Positions 25,426 through 34,090 of a DNA stretch of 46,779 nt are shown here, piece after piece (positions within the stretch are counted from its first letter, which is position 1; each line of letters opens with the position of its first letter). This stretch comes from Clostridiales bacterium CCNA10 (GTDB lineage Bacteria > Verrucomicrobiota > Kiritimatiellia > RFP12 > UBA1067). A model generated the notes under the pieces. The model had not been told where the DNA came from. It searched no databases and saw only the letters and a list, made by a program, of their open reading frames with translations. The translations under genes and the position numbers were made by a program. The stretch is from NCBI GenBank assembly GCA_963618935.1, contig CAVEVC010000107.1, positions 1 through 46,779 of the forward strand. The letters are read 5' to 3'.

Positions 25426-25499
25426 GGGAGGGACGCAATTCATTGCGTCCGTGTCCCCCGCGCGCCGATCCAGGCCGCAACAAGTTGCGGCCCTCCCGC
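25426..25499. repeat. GGGAG-[hairpin]-spacer-[hairpin]-CTCCC element (includes 27-nt repeat copy 2 at 25473-25499)
   Basis: P1 GGGAG (25426-30) can pair with CTCCC (25493-97). Inside lie two hairpins, GGACGCAAT/ATTGCGTCC (25431-50) and GGCCGCAAC/GTTGCGGCC (25473-92). It sits in the priA-downstream intergenic gap. On the minus strand the first hairpin is followed 15 nt later by a T5 run (weak terminator geometry). Confidence 0.8.
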
Positions 25500-25619
25500 A
25501 TGCCAACCGCCCCACAGCGCCACGCGCCGAGGGCGGCGCGGGTACATTGCGCGCCGGGCCGCGTTGCCGAGCCCTCTTCCCCGTTAGGCGAGTTTCTGCC
25601 GTCAAGCGAAGTTCTACCA

Positions 25620-27851
25620 TCAGGCGAAGGTCTGCGCGTCGACGTCGAAGGAGATGCGAAGGTCCTTCGGCGCGGGCCGGGCGGACTCGATCCACGCGAC
25701 GGCGGCCACGATGTCCTTCGCCGCCGGCGCGCGCACGACCACCTGGTAGCGGAACCACCCCTCGGCCTTCAGGAGCGGCGCCTCCTCGGCCTCCGAGACG
25801 CGGAAGAGCGCCCCCGTCCGCGCGGCGTTGGACCCTTGCGCGGCGTTGGACCCCTGCGCGGCGTTGAACCGCTTCGCCCAGGAGGCGAGGGACTGCGCGT
25901 AGAGGCCCGCCCAGCTCCGCGCGCGCGCCTCGTCCTTCGACCGGAAGAGGAGCGTCGCCATGCGGCAGAACGGCGGGAAGTAGGCCGCGCGGCGCGCGGC
26001 GAGCTCCTGCGAGGCGAAGGCGGCGAAGCCCCGCTCGGAGGCCGCCGCCGCGATCGCGGGCGCCTCGGGGGAGAAGGTCTGGATGTAGACCTCGCCGGGC
26101 TTCTCGGCGCGCCCGGCGCGTCCGCTCACCTGGGCGAGCAGCTGGTAGGTGCGCTCGCTCGCGCGCGGGTCGGGGCGGTGGAGCGAGGTGTCGGCGTTCA
26201 GGACGCCGACGAGCGTGACGTTCGGGAAGTCGAGGCCCTTGGCGATCATCTGCGTGCCGATGAGAATGTCCGCCTTGCCCGCGCGGAAGGCGGAGAGGAT
26301 GTCGTCGTGCGAGAACTTGCGCGCCGTCGAGTCGGCGTCCATGCGCAGGATGCGCGCGTGGCGGAAGCACGCCTTGAGGGCCGCCTCGGCGCGCTGCGTG
26401 CCGATGCCGGTGTAGCTGAAGTCCGTCCCATGGCAGTTCGGGCAGGCGGGCGGCACGTGCATCCAGCCGCCGCAGACGTGGCAGCGCAGGCAGTTGTCCG
26501 CCCGGTGGTAGGTGTAGGGCACGGAGCAGTCCGGGCACTCCGCCACCCAGGCGCAGGCGGGGCATTCGAGGACGCGCGAGTAGCCGCGCCGGTTGAGGAA
26601 GAGGATCGTCTGCTCGCCGCGCTCGAGCCGCGCGTGGAGGGCGTCGAGGAGGAGGGAGGAGAAGATCGGCGCGTGGCCGACGCGCGCGGCCTCCTCGTCC
26701 ATGTTCACGAGATGGACGGCCGGGAGCGCGCGGCCCGCGACGCGGTTCGGCACGCGCGCGAGCGCGTACTTGCCGGTCGCGGCGTTCTGCCAGGACTCGA
26801 GCGACGGCGTGGCGCTGCCGAGGACGGCGACGGCCCCCTCGATCTTCGCGCGCATCACCGCGACGTCGCGCGCATGGTAGCGCGGCGTCTCGTCCTGCTT
26901 GTAGGAGGGGTCGTGCTCCTCGTCCACGACGATGAGACCGAGGCCGCGCACGGGCGCGAAGACCGCGCTGCGCGGCCCCACCACGACGCGCGCCTCGCCC
27001 GTGCGGATGCGGTGCCACTCGTCGTAGCGCTCGCCGTCGGAGAGCGCGGAGTGGAGGACGGCGACGCGCGCGCCGAAGCGCCCCGCGAACCGGCGCACCG
27101 TCTGGGGCGTGAGCGCGATTTCGGGAACGAGGACGATGGCGCCCTTCCCCGCCTCCAGGACACGCGCGATGGCCTGCAGGTAGATCTCCGTCTTCCCGCT
27201 CCCCGTCACGCCGTGGAGGAGGACGGGCCTTGTCGCCGCGTTGATCGTCTCCAGCGCGGCCCGCTGCTCGGGGTTGAGCGCGAGCGGCGCGGTCGGCATC
27301 ACGCGCCGCCCGGCGAGCGGGTCGCGCCGCGCCGCGCGCGGCGCGATCGCGAGCGCCCCCTTCCAGGCGAGCGTCTTCAGCGTGGCGGGCGTCGTCGCGA
27401 ACTCGCGCACGAGCTGCCGCATCCACCCGCCGCCCACGCGGCGGATCTCCGCGACGAGCGCGCGCTGGCGCGCCGTCAGGTCCGCGGGCCCGCCCTCCGC
27501 CGGCTCGACGTACAGCAGCTCCTTCGGGCGGGCGGACGGCTTCAGGACGGCGGCCGGCAGCGCCGCCCGGAGCGCCGTCTCGATGGGCGCGTGCGTGTAG
27601 GCGGCGATCCAGCGCACGAGCTTCAGGAGCGCCGGGGAAAAGAAGGGCGAGCCGTCCTCGATCGCGAGGACGGGGCGCGTCCTGAACGCGGGCGCCTCCT
27701 CCGTGAGCGCGAGCGCGAACCCGCGCGCGACGCGCCCCGAAAACGGAACGCGGAGAAGCTGCCCGACGAGCAGCTTCTCCGTGAGTTCGGCCGGCACCGC
27801 GTAGGTGAAGAGCCGGTCAAGCGCCAGGTCGATGGCGACCGAGACGAACAA
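25620..27851 (-). CDS. priA: Primosomal protein N' (replication restart helicase PriA)
   Basis: It shows Walker A (LLHGVTGSGKTE), DEEH, and the Cys-rich Zn region CPACAWVAECPDCSVPYTYH...CHVCG...CPNCHG. Confidence 0.95.
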   Translation of the reverse strand: MFVSVAIDLALDRLFTYAVPAELTEKLLVGQLLRVPFSGRVARGFALALTEEAPAFRTRPVLAIEDGSPFFSPALLKLVRWIAAYTHAPIETALRAALPAAVLKPSARPKELLYVEPAEGGPADLTARQRALVAEIRRVGGGWMRQLVREFATTPATLKTLAWKGALAIAPRAARRDPLAGRRVMPTAPLALNPEQRAALETINAATRPVLLHGVTGSGKTEIYLQAIARVLEAGKGAIVLVPEIALTPQTVRRFAGRFGARVAVLHSALSDGERYDEWHRIRTGEARVVVGPRSAVFAPVRGLGLIVVDEEHDPSYKQDETPRYHARDVAVMRAKIEGAVAVLGSATPSLESWQNAATGKYALARVPNRVAGRALPAVHLVNMDEEAARVGHAPIFSSLLLDALHARLERGEQTILFLNRRGYSRVLECPACAWVAECPDCSVPYTYHRADNCLRCHVCGGWMHVPPACPNCHGTDFSYTGIGTQRAEAALKACFRHARILRMDADSTARKFSHDDILSAFRAGKADILIGTQMIAKGLDFPNVTLVGVLNADTSLHRPDPRASERTYQLLAQVSGRAGRAEKPGEVYIQTFSPEAPAIAAAASERGFAAFASQELAARRAAYFPPFCRMATLLFRSKDEARARSWAGLYAQSLASWAKRFNAAQGSNAAQGSNAARTGALFRVSEAEEAPLLKAEGWFRYQVVVRAPAAKDIVAAVAWIESARPAPKDLRISFDVDAQTFA
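25821..25874 (-). repeat. In-frame 18-bp tandem repeat (about 3 copies) inside priA, encoding AAQGSN repeats
   Basis: The copies read CGCGGCGTTGGACCCTTG / CGCGGCGTTGGACCCCTG / CGCGGCGTTGAACCGCTT. The protein reads FNAAQGSNAAQGSNAARTG. Confidence 0.9.
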
Positions 27852-27854
27852 GGA

Positions 27855-28589
27855 TCAGAGGTCCAGGACCTGGAGCTGGTTCTTGAGCTGGGTGTTGTCG
27901 AAGCCCTGGCGGTTGAAGATCACGTCGAGGCGGGAATACTTCGCCTTGATCGTCTGCGACGCGCCGCCCTTGCGCACAAGCACCCACGCCTTGTTGCCGA
28001 AGGGCTGGTCGTAGGTGCCGTTGCCGACCGTGACCTTCGTCGCGGAGGAGCCGTCGTAGCTGGCGAGGTAGCCGTTCATCGAGGAGTAGTCGACGTTGCG
28101 CGACATCAGGACGGGGATCACGTCGGCGATTTCGCTCTGCACGTTGCCGGTGATCACCCAGGCGATGTTCCGCTTGTCCAGCGTCGAGCCCGTCATGCCC
28201 GGCACGCCCGCGCCGGAGAGGACGCCGATGTCGACGTTGACGTAGGGCTGCCACTCGGTCTTGCCGTAGTTGTCCATGTCGAAGAGCTCCTTGAAGAACT
28301 CCGTCGTGGAGGTCCAGCCCTGGTCGGCGATGTCCGGGTCCGTCGCGCCCGAGCTCTCGACGCTCGTCTGCGGCCACACCTCGGCCATGCCCGCCGCCTC
28401 GCGCTCGGTGTTCGCCTGCGTGATGCCCACGAAGAGGTTGCGCCCGCGCATGGCCATGGCGGACGTGTTCGCGCTGAGCATGGCGGCGGAAATGGCCGGG
28501 AACAGCGCGCCCATCAGGATGCCGAGAATGCCGATTACGACAAGCAGCTCGACGAGCGTGAACCCTTCAGTCTTCTTCTTCATGTTCAT
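27855..28589 (-). CDS. Prepilin-type N-terminal cleavage/methylation domain protein (type II secretion/pseudopilin-like)
   Basis: MNMKKKTEGFTLVELLVVIGILGILMGALFPA is a class III signal (G/FTLVE). GAAGGAG RBS lies 8 nt upstream of the ATG at 28589. Confidence 0.85.
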   Translation of the reverse strand: MNMKKKTEGFTLVELLVVIGILGILMGALFPAISAAMLSANTSAMAMRGRNLFVGITQANTEREAAGMAEVWPQTSVESSGATDPDIADQGWTSTTEFFKELFDMDNYGKTEWQPYVNVDIGVLSGAGVPGMTGSTLDKRNIAWVITGNVQSEIADVIPVLMSRNVDYSSMNGYLASYDGSSATKVTVGNGTYDQPFGNKAWVLVRKGGASQTIKAKYSRLDVIFNRQGFDNTQLKNQLQVLDL

Positions 28590-28626
28590 GTTGTGGACTC
28601 CTTCATTAATCCTTTCAGGTGCGGGT

Positions 28627-28635
28627 ATTATCCCA
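28627..28635 (-). promoter_or_regulatory. Extended -10 element TGgGATAAT upstream of the pseudopilin-like gene
   Basis: The reverse complement of 28627-28635 is TGGGATAAT, about 37 nt upstream of the ATG. Confidence 0.4.
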
Positions 28636-28693
28636 CAAATGCGCCCCATGCGCAAGGGGGGAAATGCCCAAATGGATGGGCGGGGCGCGCGCG

Positions 28694-29863
28694 TCAGAGC
28701 GCCCCCGTCGCGAGGGCGCCGAACGTGGTGATCGGCGTCGTGTCGCGGTAGTTGTCGATGATCTGGCGCACGTCCTTGATGACCGCGTTCACCTCGTCGT
28801 ACATCTCGCGCTCCGCCACCAGCCGGCCGAGCGTGCCCTCGCCCTTCTCCAGGCGCTCGGAGACGGCGCGCAGGTTCGCGACGAGCTTCGCGGCGTCGTC
28901 CGCAAGCGCGGCGTCGTTGAACGCGCGCCCGAGCAGGCCCTCGCCGCCCTTCAGCTTCGCGGTGGCGGCGCGCACGTCCGCGACGGCGTTCGTGAGGTCG
29001 CCCCAGAGCGCGTCGTCCTTCGCGGTCAGCCGCCCGAGCGTGCCCTCGCCGCGCTCGATGCGCGCGGAGATCGCGGCCGCGTTCGCGAGCGTCTGCTTCA
29101 GGTCGGCGTAGACGGCGTCGTCCTTCGAGAGGAGGCGGCCCAGCGTGCCCTCGCCCCGGTCCAGCCGCTCGGCGACGGCGGCGGCGTGGTCGAACGTCTT
29201 CCGGGCGCCGTCGAAGGTCTTCTCGGCGTCGCCGACGGCGCGCTTCGCGCCCGCGACGGCCTCGCGCAGGTCCCGGTAGACGGCGTCGTCGCGCGAGAGG
29301 AGCCTGCCCGCCGTGCCCTCGCCGCGCGCGACGCGCGCGACGATCTTGTTGACGTTCTCCGCCGTCGCCTCGAAGTTGGAGACGATGCTCTTGAAGGAGC
29401 CGTCGTTCAGGACTTCGTTGAGGCTGCCGGCGATCCGCCCGAGGTCGCGCATCCAGTCGATGGGCGGGTCGCCCCGGAAGACGGTCGTCGCAAGGGGCAT
29501 CGCCGCGCCGTCGCCCTCTTCGAGGAGGAGGTAGTTGCCGCCGAGGAGCGAGAGCGCCGAGACGGAGGCGCGGCAGGTCGCGCGCAGCACGACGTCGCGG
29601 TCCACGAGCGCCGTGACCATGACGTTCGTGGGCGCGAGCTCGATCTTCTCGACGATGCCCACCTTCATGCCGCGGTAGACGACGTTGTCGCGCTCCTTGA
29701 GCCCGCCCACGTCCGTGAACGCGATGCGCGCCAGCGCCTTCTCGCGCCCGAAGAGGACGTCCACGCCGGAGATGACGACGGTGAAGTAGACGAGGAGCGC
29801 GAGGACGGCGACCATGAAGACGCCCACGACGACTTCCGAGAACACGTCAGAGTTCTTTTTCAT
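28694..29863 (-). CDS. mlaD: MlaD/MCE-family lipid-transport substrate-binding protein
   Basis: It has an N-terminal TM anchor and an MCE domain (VGGLKERDNVVYRGMKVGIVEKIEL). Repeated RGEGTLGRLL helical motifs follow. It lies downstream of mlaE and mlaF. Confidence 0.85.
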   Translation of the reverse strand: MKKNSDVFSEVVVGVFMVAVLALLVYFTVVISGVDVLFGREKALARIAFTDVGGLKERDNVVYRGMKVGIVEKIELAPTNVMVTALVDRDVVLRATCRASVSALSLLGGNYLLLEEGDGAAMPLATTVFRGDPPIDWMRDLGRIAGSLNEVLNDGSFKSIVSNFEATAENVNKIVARVARGEGTAGRLLSRDDAVYRDLREAVAGAKRAVGDAEKTFDGARKTFDHAAAVAERLDRGEGTLGRLLSKDDAVYADLKQTLANAAAISARIERGEGTLGRLTAKDDALWGDLTNAVADVRAATAKLKGGEGLLGRAFNDAALADDAAKLVANLRAVSERLEKGEGTLGRLVAEREMYDEVNAVIKDVRQIIDNYRDTTPITTFGALATGAL

Positions 29864-30623
29864 ATTCTGCCTTCATCTGCTGGAAACTGCCCGCCGTGAT
29901 GAACTGCGCGGCGAGGAAGTCGCGCACGTCCGGCCGGGCGGAGCGCACGAACGCCTCCGGCGCCGCCAGCTCCACCACGTGCCCGTCCTTGAGCATGAGG
30001 ATGCGGTCGGCGAAGAGGAGCGCGCCCTGGAGGTCGTGCGTGACGACGACGGACGTGATGCCCTTCTCCCGGTTGAGCCGGCGGATGAGCCGGTTGATCG
30101 TCACGGAGGTGACGGGGTCGAGGCCCGAGGTCGGCTCGTCGTAGAGCACGATGTCCGACCGGCGCACGATCGCGCGGGCTAGCCCGGCGCGCTTCTGCAT
30201 CCCCCCCGAGATCTCGGCGGGATAGCGGTCCGCCGCCTCGGAAAGCTCCACGGCGGCCAGCGCCCCGGCGACGCGCGCGTCGATCTCGGCGGGCGCGAGG
30301 CGCGTGCGCTCCCGCAGCGGCAGCGCCACGTTCTCGGCGACCGTGAGCCAGCCGAGGAGCGCGCCGCCCTGGAAGAGGTAGCCGAAGCGCGCGCGCACCG
30401 CCTCCAGCGCGTCGCCCGTCGCGGCGGAGATCTCCACGTCGTCCAGCCACACGCGGCCCGACGTCGGCGTGAGGAGCCGCACGAGGTGCTTGAGGAGGAC
30501 CGACTTGCCCGTGCCCGACGGGCCCACCACCGCGAGGACCTCCCCCTTCGCGACCTCGAAGCTGACGCCCGCGAGCACCTCCCGCCCGTCGAACCGCTTC
30601 ACGACGTTCTCGAACCGGATCAT
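29847..30623 (-). CDS. mlaF: ABC transporter ATP-binding protein MlaF
   Basis: Walker A (GPSGTGKS), signature (ISGGMQKR) and Walker B (IVLYDEPTSGLD) are present. The start has an ATGA overlap with mlaE. Confidence 0.9.
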   Translation of the reverse strand: MIRFENVVKRFDGREVLAGVSFEVAKGEVLAVVGPSGTGKSVLLKHLVRLLTPTSGRVWLDDVEISAATGDALEAVRARFGYLFQGGALLGWLTVAENVALPLRERTRLAPAEIDARVAGALAAVELSEAADRYPAEISGGMQKRAGLARAIVRRSDIVLYDEPTSGLDPVTSVTINRLIRRLNREKGITSVVVTHDLQGALLFADRILMLKDGHVVELAAPEAFVRSARPDVRDFLAAQFITAGSFQQMKAEYEKEL

Positions 30624-31450
30624 AGCGTGAACTCGATGTAGAACGCGCGGGTCACCATGTACCCGAGCATGAGGATGAGGAGGAACGAGATGATCACGCT
30701 GCGCTGCGTCGCGCGCCCGACGCCCACGGCCCCCAGCCGCGTCGAGAAGCCCTCGTGGCAGCCGACGGCGCCGATGACGACGCCGAAGATCCCCGCCTTC
30801 AGAAGGCCCACGAAGAGGTCCTTCGCCGCCGCGATCGACATCGCGCTCTTCATGTACTGCTGGAACGCCACGTTCAGCTGGGTCTGCGCGACGAGCCCGC
30901 CGCCCACCACCCCCAGCACGCAGGCGTAGAACGCGAGGATCGGCGCCATCACGAGGAGCGCGCCCATGCGCGGCGCGGCGAGGTAGCGCACCGGCGAGAC
31001 GGACATGATCTCCAGCGCCGCCACCTCGTCGTTCACCGTCATCGTGCCCAGCTCGGCCGCCATCGCCGACCCCACGCACGCCGAGAGGCAGATGCCCGTC
31101 ACGAACGGGCCCATCTCGCGGAGGAGCGTGAGCATGACCGCCGCGCCGAGGTAGAGCTCCTGGTTGAACCGCCTGAGCGCAAGCCCCACCTGGAGGCCGA
31201 GGATCATGCCCGTGAAGAGCCCCACCACCGTGATGACGGGCAGCGTGCGGATGCCGGCCGCGTAGAGCTGGCGCAGGAACGCGGCCCGCGCGTCGCGGCG
31301 CGCAAGGACGCCGGGCAGGCAGGCAAGCGACTCCGCCGCGAGGCGGACGCAGCGGCCGACGGAGGAGAAGAACTCCACGGCGCGGCGGCGCAGCGCCTCC
31401 AGCTTTCCGGCCGGGGCGTCCGCGTAGATGGGCTCGCGCGTCAGGGTCAT
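30620..31450 (-). CDS. mlaE: ABC transporter permease MlaE
   Basis: It is a polytopic membrane protein with MlaE-like REMGPFVTGI...GSAMAAELGTMTVNDEVAALEIM. Confidence 0.9.
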   Translation of the reverse strand: MTLTREPIYADAPAGKLEALRRRAVEFFSSVGRCVRLAAESLACLPGVLARRDARAAFLRQLYAAGIRTLPVITVVGLFTGMILGLQVGLALRRFNQELYLGAAVMLTLLREMGPFVTGICLSACVGSAMAAELGTMTVNDEVAALEIMSVSPVRYLAAPRMGALLVMAPILAFYACVLGVVGGGLVAQTQLNVAFQQYMKSAMSIAAAKDLFVGLLKAGIFGVVIGAVGCHEGFSTRLGAVGVGRATQRSVIISFLLILMLGYMVTRAFYIEFTL

Positions 31451-31464
31451 CGCGGTCTCCGGGG

Positions 31465-32280
31465 TCAGATGCGGGGGGCGAGGAACTTCGCGCTCGCGTC
31501 GATGTCCGCGAACGTGTCGCGGCGCGTCTCGCACTCGACGACCGCCCAGCGCGTCCCCATCGCGCGGCAGGCGGCGAGGATGCCCGCCCAGTCGTTCCGG
31601 TCCCCTTCGCCGCCGCAGGCGCGCCCGCCGCCGGGCTTCGCGTGGATGGAGGGGACGCGCCCCCGGATCCGCTTCAGCACGGCCACGGGGTCTTCGCCCG
31701 CCAGCGTCGCGTGGCCCACGTCCAGCTCGAAGGAGAGCTCGGGGCGGGCGAAGAACATCTCCATCGGCGAGACGCCGTCGTACTTCGCCGTGAACTCGAC
31801 CTGGTGGTTGTGGAAGCCCATCCTGATGCCGTGCGGGGCGAGCCTCCGGGCCGCCTCGGCCATGTCGTCCGCGAACTTCAGCCAGGCCGCCTTCGGCTTC
31901 TTCGCGTCGCCGAACCACGGCACGAAGACGAAGTCGACGCCGAACTCCTTGCAGAACGCGACCGTCGAATCGAATTTGTCCGGCGCGACGTGGGAGAGGT
32001 TGACGGGCATGTCGACGAGCGCCATGCCGTGTCCGTCCAGGAGCCTGTGGAGCTTCGCGCGGTCCCACTGCCAGAACGCCATCGACTGCACGCCCTCGTA
32101 GCCGAGGGCGCGCATCTTCGCGAGCGCGCCGTCGGGGTCCTTCTTCCAGATCTCGTTCACGCTCCACATCTGGCAGGCGAGGCGCAGCGAACGCCCCCCG
32201 CCGCAGGTCGCGCACCCGGCGGCAAAGACGCCCGCCGCAGCGGCCAGCGTCGCCATGAAGTCCTTTCTCGTCGTCTGCAT
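31465..32280 (-). CDS. TAT-exported sugar phosphate isomerase/epimerase (xylose isomerase-like TIM barrel)
   Basis: It has a TAT-like signal (MQTTRKDFMATLAAAAGVFAAG). The body is AP-endonuclease-2/xylose-isomerase-like (GYEGVQ, HNHQVEF, ELDVGH). The start at 32280 is consistent with the -10 box at 32319-32327. Confidence 0.75.
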   Translation of the reverse strand: MQTTRKDFMATLAAAAGVFAAGCATCGGGRSLRLACQMWSVNEIWKKDPDGALAKMRALGYEGVQSMAFWQWDRAKLHRLLDGHGMALVDMPVNLSHVAPDKFDSTVAFCKEFGVDFVFVPWFGDAKKPKAAWLKFADDMAEAARRLAPHGIRMGFHNHQVEFTAKYDGVSPMEMFFARPELSFELDVGHATLAGEDPVAVLKRIRGRVPSIHAKPGGGRACGGEGDRNDWAGILAACRAMGTRWAVVECETRRDTFADIDASAKFLAPRI

Positions 32281-32318
32281 TCTTGCATGCTCCTGGTCGT
32301 CGTCAAACGAATGCGCGT

Positions 32319-32327
32319 ATTTTACCA
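32319..32327 (-). promoter_or_regulatory. Extended -10 element TGgTAAAAT upstream of the TIM-barrel isomerase/mla operon
   Basis: The reverse complement reads TGGTAAAAT, about 38 nt upstream of the ATG at 32280. Confidence 0.45.
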
Positions 32328-32358
32328 TAAAATGACGACGCGCGCCGCCGCTTCGGCG

Positions 32359-34026
32359 CTAGCGGAAGATCAGGAGCGTGCCGCGCGGGAGGAGGCTGTA
32401 CTCGTAGCAGCCCACGTCCACGCGGCCCACGCCGTCCCGGAGGAAGACGCGCGGGTTGCCCGCGAGGTCGCGCGCCGCGTCGTCCCAGGCGAACGCCGCG
32501 CCCGCATTCCGCGCCGGCGAGGCGGCGGAAAGGGCATAGGGATGCCGCGCGTCGTAGTCGGGATGCGTCGGCGCGAGGAAGAGGTTCTCCGTCTCGGAGA
32601 TGCTGCCCGTGTCGGCGATCGTGTAGGTGCTGTTCCAGCCGGGATGGGTCCGCCAGACGCAGTTCGTGAAGGACCAGGTGGCATATCCGGCGATGTCGAA
32701 GGACTTTCCGGCGTTGGGGTCGTGGTAGTTGTCCTTGAAGATGCAGTTCACGGCCGCCACCTGGCCGGCGAAGAGCTGCCCCTTCGTGCCCCAGTTGTTC
32801 GAGACGACCGTGCAGTTCACGAGGCTGGGCGCCCCGGAGAAGAGATAGCTCGCGGCAAGGCCCGTGAAGAGGCAGTTCGTCCACGCCCCGCCCTGCATCA
32901 GCGAGCCCTTCAGGAAAACGCCGCCGCCCTCGATGCGGCAGCGCACGGCGGACTTGACGGCGGCCGGATTGCAGCGCAGGAACGAGCCGTCCTCGACGTG
33001 GCATCCCGTCGCCGCCACCCGCCAGGCGTCGTTCGTCTCGCAGCCGCAGTCGATGAACGCGACGCGCGTGAGCCGATGCCCCGCGGCCGACGCCACGCCC
33101 CCGGCCGCCTCGACGGGACGGGCCAGGCAGTTCGAGACCACGCAGTCGACGAGCGTCGCGTTGTACGCCGCGCCGCCTTCCTTCAGGGCCAGGCAGCCCG
33201 TGAACGTGCTGTTCGACACGACGGCGGCCTTGTCCTTGTCCGCCGCGAAGCCGCCGCCCCTGACGGCCACGTTGCCGACGCACAGGCAGTCCTGCACCGA
33301 ATAGCCGTCGCCGTAGTTGCAGCCGCCATTCGACTCCTCCGCCACGTTGCCGACGAACACGCACCGCCGCAGGCCCGTGCCGTTCCGAAGCGCGCCGCCG
33401 TTGGCGACGGCGCGGTTGTACTCGAAGAGGCAGTCCTGCGCCGAGGCCATCAGGGCCGCGCCGCCCTCGAGCGCGACGTTGTTCGTGAAGTAGCAGTCGT
33501 AGAGGTTGAGCGTATGCCCGCCGCCGCCCTGCCCCTCGCCCATGTTGCCGCGGAAGACGCAGTTGGAGACGGTCGCGTACTTGCCCTTGTACCATCCGTG
33601 CTGGATGCCCGCCCCGGCCCCGTCGGACGCCTTCGCGTTCGTGTTCGTGCCGTTCTGGATCGTGAGGTGGCGGAAGGAGACGCCCGTCAGCGAGGGGTCC
33701 ACGTTGAAGACGGACCGCGCGTACTTCGCGTCCAGCACCACCTTCGCGTTGCGGTCCGCCGTCTCGCGCCAGCTCGTCGCGTCCGCCCCCACGAGCGCCA
33801 TGTTCTTCTGGACCGAGAGGCATCCCTTCGCGTCCATCGCGCAGCCTGAGACGTCGTAGTACCCCGGCGCGATCCGCACCGTCGTATCCGCGTCGCCGCC
33901 GTTGACGGCCGCGATCGCCACGACCAGCTCCTCGACCGTCGCGACCTCGTGCGCGCCCGGCAGGCACGCCGCCATGCCGGCCGCGCACATCCACGCGGCG
34001 GCCTTCGCCCTGTCCAGATTCCTCAT
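32359..34026 (-). CDS. Secreted right-handed parallel beta-helix repeat protein (pectate-lyase fold, surface/adhesin or polysaccharide-active)
   Basis: The signal-like N-terminus is MRNLDRAKAAAWMCAAGMAACLPGA. Many N/G/C-rich about-23-aa turns are present (NCVFRGN, DCYFTNN, DCLFEYN, RCVFVGN, DCLCVGN...). It ends GCYEYSLLPRGTLLIFR. An AAGGAG RBS precedes the ATG at 34026. Confidence 0.75.
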   Translation of the reverse strand: MRNLDRAKAAAWMCAAGMAACLPGAHEVATVEELVVAIAAVNGGDADTTVRIAPGYYDVSGCAMDAKGCLSVQKNMALVGADATSWRETADRNAKVVLDAKYARSVFNVDPSLTGVSFRHLTIQNGTNTNAKASDGAGAGIQHGWYKGKYATVSNCVFRGNMGEGQGGGGHTLNLYDCYFTNNVALEGGAALMASAQDCLFEYNRAVANGGALRNGTGLRRCVFVGNVAEESNGGCNYGDGYSVQDCLCVGNVAVRGGGFAADKDKAAVVSNSTFTGCLALKEGGAAYNATLVDCVVSNCLARPVEAAGGVASAAGHRLTRVAFIDCGCETNDAWRVAATGCHVEDGSFLRCNPAAVKSAVRCRIEGGGVFLKGSLMQGGAWTNCLFTGLAASYLFSGAPSLVNCTVVSNNWGTKGQLFAGQVAAVNCIFKDNYHDPNAGKSFDIAGYATWSFTNCVWRTHPGWNSTYTIADTGSISETENLFLAPTHPDYDARHPYALSAASPARNAGAAFAWDDAARDLAGNPRVFLRDGVGRVDVGCYEYSLLPRGTLLIFR

Positions 34027-34090
34027 GGCCAACTCCTTTTCTGTGTTCGCTTCCGAAAACGGGAAAACGTTTCCCCGTGAAAACGCCGCC

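Noticed and set aside
25411-25450. Canonical rho-independent terminator for priA
   Set aside because: The hairpin is good (9-bp stem), but the T5 run lies 15 nt downstream rather than adjacent. I folded it into the repeat-element description instead of calling a terminator.
25380-28751. 1123-aa plus-strand ORF opposite priA and the pseudopilin gene
   Set aside because: It is an antisense shadow ORF. PriA motifs (Walker A, DEEH, Zn fingers) are all in the minus frame.
31642-33849. 735-aa plus-strand ORF opposite the TIM-barrel isomerase and beta-helix genes (also 32303-33994 minus, off-frame)
   Set aside because: It has shadow composition. The chosen minus frame shows the regular beta-helix repeat pattern, a signal peptide and an RBS.
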